Source: Macrostomum hystrix (Eukaryota > Animalia > Platyhelminthes). From it: DNA of 64,000 nt. Both the position numbers and the translations under genes were made by a program. Shown here piece after piece: positions 25,350 to 38,200 of the stretch (position 1 is its first letter; each line of letters opens with the position of its first letter). The stretch spans positions 806,001-870,000 of the forward strand of contig CATNEN010000005.1 of assembly GCA_950097015.1 (NCBI GenBank), in the 5' to 3' direction. The notes beneath the pieces were generated by a model. It had not been told where the DNA came from and searched no databases. It worked only from the letters and a program-made list of their open reading frames with translations.

Positions 25350-25997
25350 GCACTGATTTCGTTAGGGCGATACCACTGATTTGGTTGGGGCGATACCAAG
25401 GATTTAGTTAGGGCGATACCACTGATTTGGTTGGGGCGATACCACGGATTTGGTTGGAATGATACCACGGATTCGGTTGGGGTGATACCAAGGATTTAGT
25501 TAGGGCGATACCAAGGATTTGGTTAGGGTGATACCACGGATTCGGTTGGGGTGATACCAAGGATTTGGTTATGATGATACCACGGATTTGGTTGGAATGA
25601 TACCACGGATTTGGTTAGAATGATACCACGGATTCGGTTGGGGTGATACCAAGGATTTATTTAGGGCGATACCAAGGATTTGGTTAGGGCGATACCAAGG
25701 ATTTGGTTAGGGTGATACCACGGATTTGGTTGGGATGATACCACGGATTTGGTTAGGGTGATACCACGGATTTGGTTGGGGTGATACCACGGATTTGGTT
25801 GGGGTGATACCACGGATTTGGTTGGGGTGATACCACGGATTTGGTTGGGGTGATACCACGGATTTGGTTGGGGTGATACCACGGATTTGGTTGGGATGAT
25901 ACCACGGATTCGGTTGGGGGTGATACCACGGATTCGGTTGGGGTGATACCACGGATGTGGTTGGGGTGATACCACGGATTCGGTTGACTGATTTGGT
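25350..25997. repeat. 23-bp minisatellite (GATACCACGGATTTGGTTGGGGT)n
   Basis: Tandem units with 23-bp spacing. Confidence 0.95.
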
Positions 25998-28900
25998 TAG
26001 TTCGATATCTCGCCTAATAATTTTATTGATTGTTTAGCCGTTCTAGTAAATCTGAACTTCGTTATGAAAAGTGTACAACAATAACTGAATGTAGACATCG
26101 AGCTATATGTGTGTGGAGTATTGTAATTTATACACATCTACACGATTTAAAATCTCATCTGCATTTTCGAATTAGTTTTAATCCTGTGTTTGTAAATAAT
26201 AACCTTTTCAAACTCCCGATGCTAAATCTATGTTTTTACACGCCTTTTTTATAATTCAAATGCAAAAGTTTTAACCTCTTAAAACTGGCTTTTTAAGACA
26301 AGGTACTTAAACTCTATGCTTGTTACTTGTATTTGGCTTAGGTATCAAATTAGTGCTTAGTACTGTGTTTTCTGTCTTGTGTGCGGTAACTTTTACAAGT
26401 ACATTTATTATAAAGTACTCGTATATTACAGCGGACAAAATGTCTCTGCGAATATGCAATGATGGAAAGAATTTTTGCCTAATAAGCTGCTTGATGCCAC
26501 GAAATCCCTGTTTTTATTTGAACAAAGAATGTGCTCAAACTAAAGAATGAACTCAAACTAATTTGCTTTGCTTAATATATACATACATGATGTACCTTTA
26601 AAGGTGGTGCTGTATACTGTAAATTCGTTAATTGTGTAATTGCATGTGTGCACGCATTAAAATCCACGTCTAAAACTATACGAGTAAAAAAATTATTTTG
26701 TTACATGATGACGGTTTGTTGCACGTGTTTTAAAGTCCAAGTTTTTGTTATAACATTTTAACTCAAATTCGTTTTTGTCTATTTGTAAAGTCCTATTCTT
26801 TCCTGAGCATTCATGGCTACTATTCCTTCCGAAAATTCCGGCTCGAAAAGCCTTTGTATAAAATTTACGCCAAAGAAGACTGCGAGTGATTTTTCGTAAC
26901 TATCTTTATCAAAAAAGCACATCATCTTGAAAAAAACAGCTCCTTCTATTCATTTCGAAGAATTGGGTTGCTGCTGAAAAGGATGCGTATTGCTATTATT
27001 CTCCGTTGCTCATGGATTGTAGGCCTGCCATACATATGCATATATAGTATTATGTAAGGTAGTAGAAGGTATTAATGTCATTTAACTACTATTTGAGCTA
27101 AGAGTTCATAACTGGATAAAAAGATCGCAATTGTAAAGAACCAGACTTAAGAAGTGAATAAAAATATTTTAAATTGTAAGTTTGTTTTGCTACTGGGGGC
27201 CCGGGTAAGTATTTTTTCTCCTGAGCCCAGATTCGACCTTTTGCGACCTCGTGAAAGTACGAGTGCGTGTACGCGACGTCGATGGCACTTTTGCTTTAAG
27301 AAAAAAAACTAAAAAATATATGCTTAATAAAACGCGAACGTCGACGACTGATCATCGTCGGTGTCATTCTAACGTTCCCATTAGCCATCGACGCAAGGAC
27401 AACTAGTAGTTGTAGTTATACTACTGTCGTCCTTGCATCGACGCCGCTGGACATCATGTTTTTGTTCGTTGACGTACTATAATGAATTATAATTAGGCGT
27501 TAGCACATATGTCTCATTTTCCATCTCAATCGATATAAAATTGAACAGACCAAACAGTATTCTCGCCCTATTTGTCATAAATTTGAGGCGAAAGCTACAT
27601 ATTTTTTATTTTGCATTTTACTGAATAAGTAGTATCGAATAGTAATCTAATAGTATCGAGTACTAGCGAATAGTAAATTACATATTATATGTACTTTTAT
27701 TTTACAAACGAAAATATAATGTAAAACAGTATTTTGTTAACATAAACAGCAGTTAAATTTTAATTAACGCGTTTATTTTTGTTTGTTTTTTTGCATTACT
27801 GAAAAATATATTGATTGATGTTTCGTGTTTTTTGTTTTACTTGCTTACTGTTTACAAGAGTTGCAGGCAACAGAGACGATTAATTTAACTTGCATTTTTC
27901 TTTTTAATAATTTTATAGGTTCAGCTTACGAACAGAAAATATGTAGACAGTGTGCACATATCAGAACCAGAAGGCATTCTTATATAGATCTTGGCTTACG
28001 TATGCATAAAATATTTATTTTAATAGAAACTTGTACGATTTTTTAATAAATATTTGCTCAAAACACATACATCCCTAAGGAAATAAAGGGATATGATGTG
28101 ATCCAGATATACCTTTCGTGAATCTATAAACTGAATAAATGTTGTTTGTATGACGCTAGTTCAAATACTGTAATACATTTATGTGTTTTTTATTTTACTC
28201 TTTAGAAAAATCACAACTTTATCATTAAATTTTTAAAGCATATGACAGCGTATTAACCACATGCTTAAAAATAATTATTAAACATTAATATTTCTTCAAT
28301 TATGAGTAAATAGTATATAGTATTGCAGAAGAAATACTGGCCTTGACGAGGCCTGTCGAAAAGACTATTGTAACTCTATGCACAAGCAACATATGTATTT
28401 CAGCAGCATAAAACTACAGAAGAAATTATTTAGGTATCATAACATGGACTTAATAGTCTTTGCTTCGTTTATTCTCCAGAAAGCAACTATTTTTTCTTTT
28501 TTTGAATTGCTGAAAAAAGTCTTAAATGATTCTATGCAAGTTTTGTTATTTACTTTTGAGATATGTTTGCTTAATTTTTTTCCACTCAGATGGATCTATA
28601 TGCTTACGAGTACTAGTACAGCATAAACCCTGGTTCTGAACCATGATGCAGAGTTAGAGTGTTGTCTCTCAAGAGCAAATACATTGTATGATGATTTTAA
28701 AAGAAGTAAATGACAAATGATGGCAGCATGACTGGAATTCATTGTCATAAACAAACTATCAAACTAAACAATTTATGTTCAGATTGGGATTCGATTTATA
28801 TTTGCTTATTTTAACAAAACACAATTTTTACATACATTTTAAGTTATGTTAAAGACTTTAATCTATAATTTAGCTACTGAGACTAAGTCCAAAGGTAGTC

Positions 28901-29121
28901 AGTAGAAAGGTCAGTTTAAAAAACAGTCATTTTTCTATGGTATTTGTTTTTTAATTCACCTATAGCTAGATCTAAATTCGTTAAATTTTGCTGCTTGTAA
29001 ATATTGGATATACTCCTATGTCCTAAAACACATGCCTTAATCTGCAGCTTGGTGCTTCAGTAGAAAAAAGTTACCAAATAGCCTAATTCCGGATCTGACT
29101 GGATCAGTGACTGAGTGACAG

Positions 29122-29209
29122 ATGAATCGCAGCGACTCAGCGCCGCTGCTGAAGCGGCCGGCAATGCATCCGCCTCACTGTCCATTCAGCTCCAAATTTC
29201 CTCACGCAG
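29122..29209 (+). CDS. LOXHD1: LOXHD1-like exon 1 (MNRSDSAPLLKRP...)
   Basis: ATG at 29122; GTGAG donor at 29210; phase 1 matches the acceptor at 29308. Confidence 0.6.
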
Positions 29210-32200
29210 GTGAGTTTTAGTTTAGCCCAACAATTTCCAGGTCAGGTTTCTTGGTATTTAAAGCATGGAGTCTTTTGAAACGTTTTTTTATTTCTCATTC
29301 CCGAGCAGACCAGCAGAGCTGCAGTTATCGGAGCGCCTTAGATCCCGTGGCCAACAGATCCCGTTCCGTCCTACCTTCCTACTCCTCTCTGGAGGATCCG
29401 CATCTGGTGGACTATTTCGAGCGAAAATTTGGCAGCGTCACTGGAAGCTACGCCTCGCGACTTGGCATCGGCGGCTTCGGCGGCGTTAGCTCCTCCGGCA
29501 GAGGAGGTCGCGGCGGCCGCGGCGGTCAAGAGGTCACCTACAAGATGGCGGTGACCACCGCCGATTCGGAGGGTTCGGGAACGGACGCTCCGGTGTTTGT
29601 GAGCCTGCACGGCAGTCACGGTTCGATGGCGCGCAGGAAGCTGGCGAAGAAGGCACCGCACAGTTCTGCTGGCAAGCAGAGAGCCACTGGCAGCGGCTTT
29701 CGATTTCGGCGCGGCAGTACGCACAGCTTCCGGATGAAGAGTCCTGACCTGGGAGAACTGCAGTCGCTCACTGTTGAGGTGATTCTGGGTTCTGGGGTTG
29801 GATGCAGGCGAAGTTTTATCAACATCATTCCTAGTATATGAAAATGACAATTACTTTTTACGAATTCTCTCACAGAACGCCGGCACCGAGGAACGAGACA
29901 GCTGGCTTCTGCAAAGCGTCGAAGTGACCAATCTGTCAAGCAAGAAGACCTGGCTGTTTCTAAACAATCGCTGGCTCTCATTGTTTAAAGATGACTGCAA
30001 AACCGTGCGCCAGCTGACAGCAGTCAAGTGCTCCAAGACCAGCTATGAGGTGCTGGTTTTCACTGGCGACCAGGACGGCGCCGGCACTGACTCGCGCGTG
30101 TTTCTGACACTGTTCGGTCAGGCGGGCGTCACCAGACGAATGCCTTTGCGCTCTGGACCAGACGAGCAGCGCACTGTACTCAAGCGCAACAGCAGCCGAC
30201 GCTTTGTGCTCAAAGCGGTCTGTGTTGGCCCTCTGAAGAAGGCGCGCGTGCAGCTGGAAGAAACGGGCGCGAGTGCCGAGTGGCTTCTTGACCGACTGCA
30301 GGTGACGGACCTGCGCCATCCTAAGTGGCGTTACCATTTTGCGTGCGGTCAGTGGCTGTCGCGGCGACGCGGTGACTGTCAGACGGTTCGCGAGCTGATG
30401 GCTAGTCGGGAGCCCGGCGCGGCTCCGAAGCACACGACCTACAAGATCACCGTGTACACTGGAGACAAGTCCGGTGCTGGCACAGACGCTGACGTCTTCC
30501 TGAAGCTGACTGGCGACAAGGGCGTCTCAGGAGACATTGCGCTTAACGAGCCGACGTCTGGAACGAAGAATCCGTTCGAGCGCAACTCGGTCGACGAGTT
30601 CATGCACAAGAGCCGCTACCTCGGCCAGCTGCAGCGTGCCAAAATCTGGCACAACAACAAAGGCTTCGCGCCAGGCTGGTACCTGGAGAAGCTGGTTGTA
30701 GAGGATCTGGCCATGGGACGCGTCTACGAGTTCCCGTGTGCCCAGTGGATGGCGGAGAATGAAGGCGATGGGAAGACGTCAAGGTGAGGAATTCTGTTTG
30801 ATTGCACCAGTGCATCAGTGCAGCGTTGAAATTTCATAAGCTTGCCGACAAAGACTTGCGTCTGCGCTATCTTTGCCTTCTATGCACAGGGCAGGGCAGA
30901 TGTACACACCTGTGTGTGTGTGCCTGCGTACAGTATCTGTGCGCGCGTTGTAGTAACTGACGCGAGACGAAGTTGAACCCTTTCACAGGCATTGAGCCTT
31001 GCTATTAATTATCGATATGAGAGATTGCTCGGCTTGACACGATGCGCATGCATAAGATGTACACTGGGCACGCGTACATTAGTGATCCGATATAAATGGT
31101 TATAGAGAGCGAGAACGGCAAGCTTAAAGGGTAGGATAGGGAGTACAACACACGTGTGCTCAGGAGTCAGCCTAATAAGCAGAATTTCCTCCTAACTGGC
31201 TTCGGGTCTAGTGTCACCAAATGATTTAGTCCTCCTGACGATATTACGAGGCTTGTATTTATGATATTATGACACTCAATGAGCTGTAAATTTAATGACA
31301 AGCCCCCATTGATCTCTATGCGACGAGCCTCGTTGCGTAATCGAGCTCTGGAAGATCGTTGGTTGGAAAGGAGAGCTTCCCATTCATTATACATAGGTGG
31401 TAAAGAGGTTGTAGCCTTGTGGTTAGAGCATCGGACGCACGACTTGAAGGTCGGGGGTTCGGTTCCCGACTCCACTGGAACAATTTGTGCCCTTTAGCAA
31501 CACACCTAACTCTTCATTGCTTCAGTTAACCCAGCTGTTAAATGGGTACCAGCATTAGCTGGGATAATTGAAGGTGCGTGTGGCGTCTCCCCAGTCCATG
31601 GACTGAACAGCCGTACGCAGCCTTCAGATGCGCCGCGCAATAGCTGCGGCTGTGCTGTCGGCTGCGCATCTGGCCCAATTGGGACAGTTGTAATCAGTTA
31701 TGATTAATTTTCATTATTAAATCGGTACTTGCTTCGTTACTTGTCGAAGAACGTCATGCATGGCAGTTGGTCAATACCTGAACACTCTGCAGAGAGCTGA
31801 TGGCTCGCGGAGTTCCTGGCACCGGGGTCGGACCCAGCGGTCTGATCGCATACACTATTCGCGTCAAAACTGGCGACGTTCGCAACGCTGGCACCTCGGC
31901 TCGAGTGCACCTCACAATGCGACACGAGGAGCTGCAGAAGCGCGGCGGCGGCGTGTCGATTGTTCAAAGCGACAAGCTCTGGCTCAAGGATGGCAAGTTT
32001 GAAAGAGACGCGATCGACCAGTTCGACATCGACCTGCCAGACCTGCTGTCTCCCGTGACTAAGATTGACATCGGGCACGACGCCAGCGGCCCTGGACCGG
32101 GTTGGTTTCTGGAATGGGTAAGTCAGTTTAAAGCTTATGCCCTCAGTTCATAGATTATCCCTCAGTTCATAGATTATCCCTCAGTTCATAGATTATCCTC

Positions 32201-35200
32201 TCAGTTCATAGATTATCCCCTTCGTACAATGATTATCCCCTCAGTTTAAAGATTATCCTCTCAGATTAAAGATTATCCCCTCAGTCTAAATATTATCCTC
32301 TCAGTTTGAAGATTATCCACTCAGTTAAAAGATTATCCTCTCAGATTAAAGATTATCTCCTCAGTACAATGATTATCCCCTCAGTTTAAAGATTATCCTC
32401 TCAGATTAAAGATTATCTCCTCAGTACAATGATTATCCCCTCAGTTTAAAGATTATCCTCTCAGATTAAAGATTATCCCCTCAGTCTAAAGATTATCCTC
32501 TCAGATTAAAGATTATCCCCTCAGTCTAAAGATTATCCTCTCAGATTAAAGATTATCCTCTCAGATTAAAGATTATCCCCTCAGTCTAAAGATTATCCTC
32601 TCAGTTTGAAGATTATCCACTCAGTTAAATGATTATCCTCTCAGATTAATGATTATCCCCTCAGTTCAATGATTATCCCCTCAGTTACAATGATTATCCC
32701 CTCAGTTCAATGATTATCCCCTCAGTACAATGATTAACCTCTCAGTACAATGATTATCCCCTCAGTACAATGATTATCCTCTCAGTTTAAATGTTTTCCC
32801 CATGAATGTGAATGTTCCCCTCATTTTTATTGTCCTCCCATCAAGTGATTGAGTTTTATACCCTTAGAAATCGGAATAGTTTCCACAATATCTACTACCG
32901 TTTCTTATCGTCCACTTTAGTCGATGTGCACTACTGTTAGTAGAGTTATGCGAAAGTAATTTCTTATTTGTATTTCAAGGGGTACTAATTCATGTTGGCA
33001 TCGTTGAAGCACCTGTATAGCATTTTAATTGTCTAAATAGTGAACAAATTTAGTTAAAATCAGATTCAGCTTCCTAAATTTTACGCTGCTTATCAATCAT
33101 TCATAAAGACACTAAATTATGCATTTAAAAATAAAAGTGCAAATCTTTGACGCCTAAGCATTTTTGTCCAGAATGGTGATTGCTCGTATCTTAAGTACTT
33201 ACCCGAAAACAGATGCACGCCAAGGCTGGCCAGGATAAACAAACTTTCAACAACGTAAAAAAAAATTCAATTTCTTTAACAAAGCAGTTGCCTAAAACTG
33301 CCCAGTTTCAGCCATTTTTGTCCTTCATGCCTTGTAATCCTGAAATCTTCAAATCCCGACAACTCCGAATCCTGAAATCTTCAAATCCCGACAGCTCCGA
33401 ATCCCGAAATCTTCAAATCCCGACAACTCCGAATCCCGAAATCTTCAAATCCCGACAACTCCGAATCCCGAAATCTTCAAATCCCGACAACTCCGAATCC
33501 TGAAATCTTCAAATCCCGACAACTCCGAATCCTGAAATCTTCAAATCCCGACAACTCCGAATCCTGAAATCTTCAAATCCCGACAACTCCGAATCCTGAA
33601 ATCTTCAAATCCCGACAACTCCGAATCCTGAAATCTTCAAATCCCGACAACTCCGAATCCAGAAATCTCTGAATCCTGAAATCTTCAAATCCCGACAACT
33701 CCGAATCCTGAAATCTTCAAATCCCGACAGCTCCGAATCCCGAAATCTTCAAATCCCGACAGCTCTTAGTCGCGAATTCCTTTATCTGTGAATTCTGTCA
33801 AACTGTCCTAATTTCGCAACATCCAGGTACAAATCTACTGCCCAGTGACTGGCATTGAGCAAACCTTTGTTTGCAAGGAGTGGCTAGACACCAAAGACGG
33901 CTGTGACCGGACACTGCTCGAGGACAAAGCACTCAGAAAGATACGATCCATTCGTAAGTGAACAGTGCATGTTTTTGCATGTTGCTGAAGCTCTTGTTGC
34001 TTAATAAAAAGTGCACGAGTAACTCAGTTACTTTTTTAAACTGGTGCTTGTTCTTCTGCTGAAGTTGTTAGTGCTGCTGAAGTTTGTGCGGATTAGAAAA
34101 CAGAAAATTTGAGTACAAAATTCTGATACTTGGCATTCCGCATTTCTATTCGTTTCAGAGGGTAAGTGCGAATTTTGCAGAAGCATTAATTTTCCATCTG
34201 TAGCCATCTACTAGGGGTGTCCCAAAAGTCCGTGTCCCAAACTTTTTTTTATTCTGAATTTAACAGTCTGAAAGAAAATTATCTTCCAGTGAAAATGACT
34301 TGCTGGACACTATCTGAGACAAAATAATGCCAGGATTGACCATAGACAGCGTGCAGATATTGGTGTATTATTGCACGCTGTCTATGGTAAATGTCCAAAC
34401 CATTCTTCAATGTGATAGAAGCACGGCTACAAAGATAGCTGCGCCTATCTCTCCATTGACATATAACCAAGTGTGCGTAAACGTCTCAAGCTCGTGTATA
34501 GTTTATGGCCCAAAGGCCATCAAAGAAATAAATTGAAGTGTGCAGTAAATTCCGCAACTGTGCGGTAAATGTAGTACCACTTGATCTCCGTGCCATCCCT
34601 CTTCTGAGCTACTATGCAGTAAATCCCAGACGGTATTGTCTATGGGCCGAAGGAGCTGGTCTTGCGCACACACACTTGGTCATAAATCAATGCGCGCACT
34701 CGTGCCATAGACTATTTACGCACTAGGAAGCCTAGCATAAATCTACCATTACTGAGGTTCCACACATCTTTCAACAGATCGATAATGTTGGTAACTTCTG
34801 CTGACGGCAATTTGTAGAATTAGTGCAGGAGTGGGGACTAGAAGTTAGATATTTCGAGAATGCCAATAATTTATGAATTAACAGCAAGTCATTTTTACGG
34901 GCAGATAGTTTTCTTTTAAACTGCTACATTAAGAATATTTCGGATTGGCCGGAGGCACCTAGAATTTAAAATGTCCACGGACTTTTGGGACACCACTCTT
35001 ATTAGCCTCGTGCTCATGTCTCTTGTTGTTGTCTGTGCTGTTTTTTAATATTATTCAATTTGTTATATCTTAGATTGATAAATGATTTGGAATTTGGTAT
35101 TTGGTCCGATGTAGAGTATTAGATGAATGCAAAAAGTAACTTTTTATCCAGTTTTGTTCGGATTTTTTGAATCTAGACAAATGCACCGGAATCACAAGCA

Positions 35201-38200
35201 GAAAGCAGCTAGAGACGATTCTGGAATCTAAATAAAATCACAGCGGGTTGCCGGAATCGCAATTCTAGGATACTAGATGAAATCGCAGCAGGATAGTAGT
35301 TGGAATCGAAGCAGGATACTAGATGGAACCGCAGCAGGATAGTGATTGGAATCGCAGCAGAAGAATATAAAGAATGGAATCGCAGCAGGATAGTAGTTGG
35401 AATCGCAGCAGGATAGTAGTTAGAATCGCAGCAGGATAGTAGTTGGAATCGCAGCAGGATAGTAGTTGGAATCGCAGCAGGAGAATATAAAGAATGGAAT
35501 CGCAGCAGGATAGTAGTTGGAATCGCAGCAGTAGATTATAAAGAATGGAATCGCAGCAGGATAGTAGTTGGAATCGCAGCAGGAGAATATAAAGAATGGA
35601 ATCGCAGCAGGATAGTAGTTGGAATCGCAGCAGGAGAATATAAAGAATGGAATCGCAGCAGGATAGTAGTTGGAATCGCAGCAGGAGAATATAAAGAATG
35701 GAATCGCAGCAGGATAGTAGTTGGAATCGCAGCAGGATAGTAGTTGGAATAGCAGCAGGAGAATATAAAGAATGGAATCGCAGCAGGATAGTAGTTGGAA
35801 TCGCAGCAGGATAGTAGTTGGAATCGCAGCAGGAGAATATAAAGAATGGAATCGCAGCAGGATAGTAGTTGGAATCGCAGCAGGAGAATATAAAGAATGG
35901 AATCGCAGCAGGATAGTAGTTGGAATCGCAGCAGGAGAATATAAAGAATGGAATCGCAGCAGGATAGTAGTTGGAATCGCAGCAGGATAGTAGTTGGAAT
36001 CGCAGCAGGAGAATATAAAGAATGGAATCGCAGCAGGATAGTAGTTGGAATCGCAGCAGGAGAATATAAAGAATGGAATCGCAGCAGGATAGTAGTTGGA
36101 ATCGCAGCAGGAGAATATAAAGAATGGAATCGCAGCAGGATAGTAGTTGGAATCGCAGCAGGAGAATATAAAGAATGGAATCGCAGCAGGATAGTAGTTG
36201 GAATCGCAGCAGGAGAATATAAAGAATGGAATCGCAGCAGGATAGTAGTTGGAATCGCAGCAGGAGAATATAAAGAATGGAATCGCAGCAGGATAGTAGT
36301 TGGAATCGCAGCAGGAGAATATAAAGAATGGAATCGCAGCAGGATAGTAGTTGGAATCGCAGCAGAAGAATATGAAGAATCGAAGCCAGAGCCTATGTTT
36401 AATCGTGGCAGATTGCTAAACTCCAGTCCGGAATCGCGGCAAAGAACATTAGCCTGATAGCATTGTAGCCTATTAATTAGCTACCTGTTGTACTAAACTC
36501 ACCCGTATGACATAGCTTCAATGTTACTCTTAGGTATTTTGCTTTCTAAGTAGTTAAAATATTACTCAGAAGTTGCAAGATGCTGTTTCTAAATATCATA
36601 TTTATTTTTTCTGTTGTAATTAGCTTGTAGTTTTCCAGCATGGTCCAATTTGCAACAAAGTGTCTGGTGAGAACTGCTGGTATTCAGTGAAAATAACATT
36701 GCTTTGAAAAAATGTTTCAGACAATGAATCACCTGCTGCAGAGGCTGACGATGAGATTGGTACAATTTTTATGTTAAACTCACAAGTTGATGATAAGTTC
36801 ATTGACCTAAAAAATCGCAGTGTTTCCCAAATGAAGCATCTACAGTATAAAATTAGATCCGTTGTTGTGCAAGTGTCTGAATATTTGCACTTTGAGTCAA
36901 ATAAATTTCACTGTCGTTGTTTTTTACGTTAATTTACCTCTCAATCAAAATGACACGTTCTGTTTCTAAGCGATCAAGACCCCGCTTCTTGAATTATGAC
37001 ATTTTTGGGCTGGCTATCGAAGAAAATTGTAGAAATGCTAATTTTATTTGATTGTACTTTTAATGTTGTTTCCATCAACTATACTAAAAATGACAAGTGT
37101 GTAAAGTAGCATGAATTAGCATAAATTATTGAGGGGAGAGAATAAATTGTCGAAGGGATAAAATGTATTGTAACGGGGGGAGCATGAATTATTAGGGGGT
37201 AGCATGTATTAACGGAGGGGAGCATGAATTAACGAGAGGAAAGCATGACTTATCAAAGGGGTTGCATGAATTGTCGAGGGGAAGCATGAATTATCAAGGG
37301 GTTAGTATGAATTATCGAGGGGTTAGCATGAATTATCGAGGGGTTAGCATGAATTATCGAGGGGTTAGTATGAATTATCGAGGGGTTAGTATGAATTATC
37401 GAGGGGTTAGCATGACTTATCGAGGGGTTAGTATGAATTATCGAGGGGTTAGTATGAATTATCGAGGGGTTAGCATGAATTATCAAGGGGTTAGCATGAA
37501 TTGTCGAGGGGTTAGCATGAATTATCGAGGGGTTAGCATGAATTATCGAGGGGTTAGCATGAATTATCGAGGGGTTAGTATGAATTATCGAGGGGTTAGT
37601 ATGAATTATCGAGGGGTTAGCATGACTTATCGAGGGGAAGCATGACTTATCGAGTGGTTAGCATGAATTATCGAGGGGAAGCATGACTTATCGAGTGGTT
37701 AGCATGAATTATCGAGTGGTTAGCATGAATTATCTAGGGGTTAGCATGAATTATCGAGGGGTTAGCATGAATTATCGAGGGGTTAGTATGAATTATCGAG
37801 GGGTTAGCATGACTTATCGAGGGGAAGCATGACTTATCGAGGGGTTAGCATGACTTATCGAGGGGTTAGCATGACTTATCGAGTGGTTAGCATGACTTAT
37901 CGAGTGGTTAGCATGACTTATCGAGTGGTTAGCATGAATTATCGAGGGGTTAGCATGACTTATCGAGTGGTTAGCATGACTTATCGAGTGGTTAGCATGA
38001 ATTATCGAGGGGTTAGCATGACTTATCGAGTGGTTAGCATTGTAAGACGCTGGTTTGTCAGGTAGCATGCACACAAAACGCGAAGAGCCATACCGGCTCG
38101 CTGGCACTATTATATTTGGCCAGAAACACTGGGTGGGCGTACCCACCCCCCAATCACGCCACGCAAGCACGCACGCAGGCGTGTACGCTCTACCCCCCGC

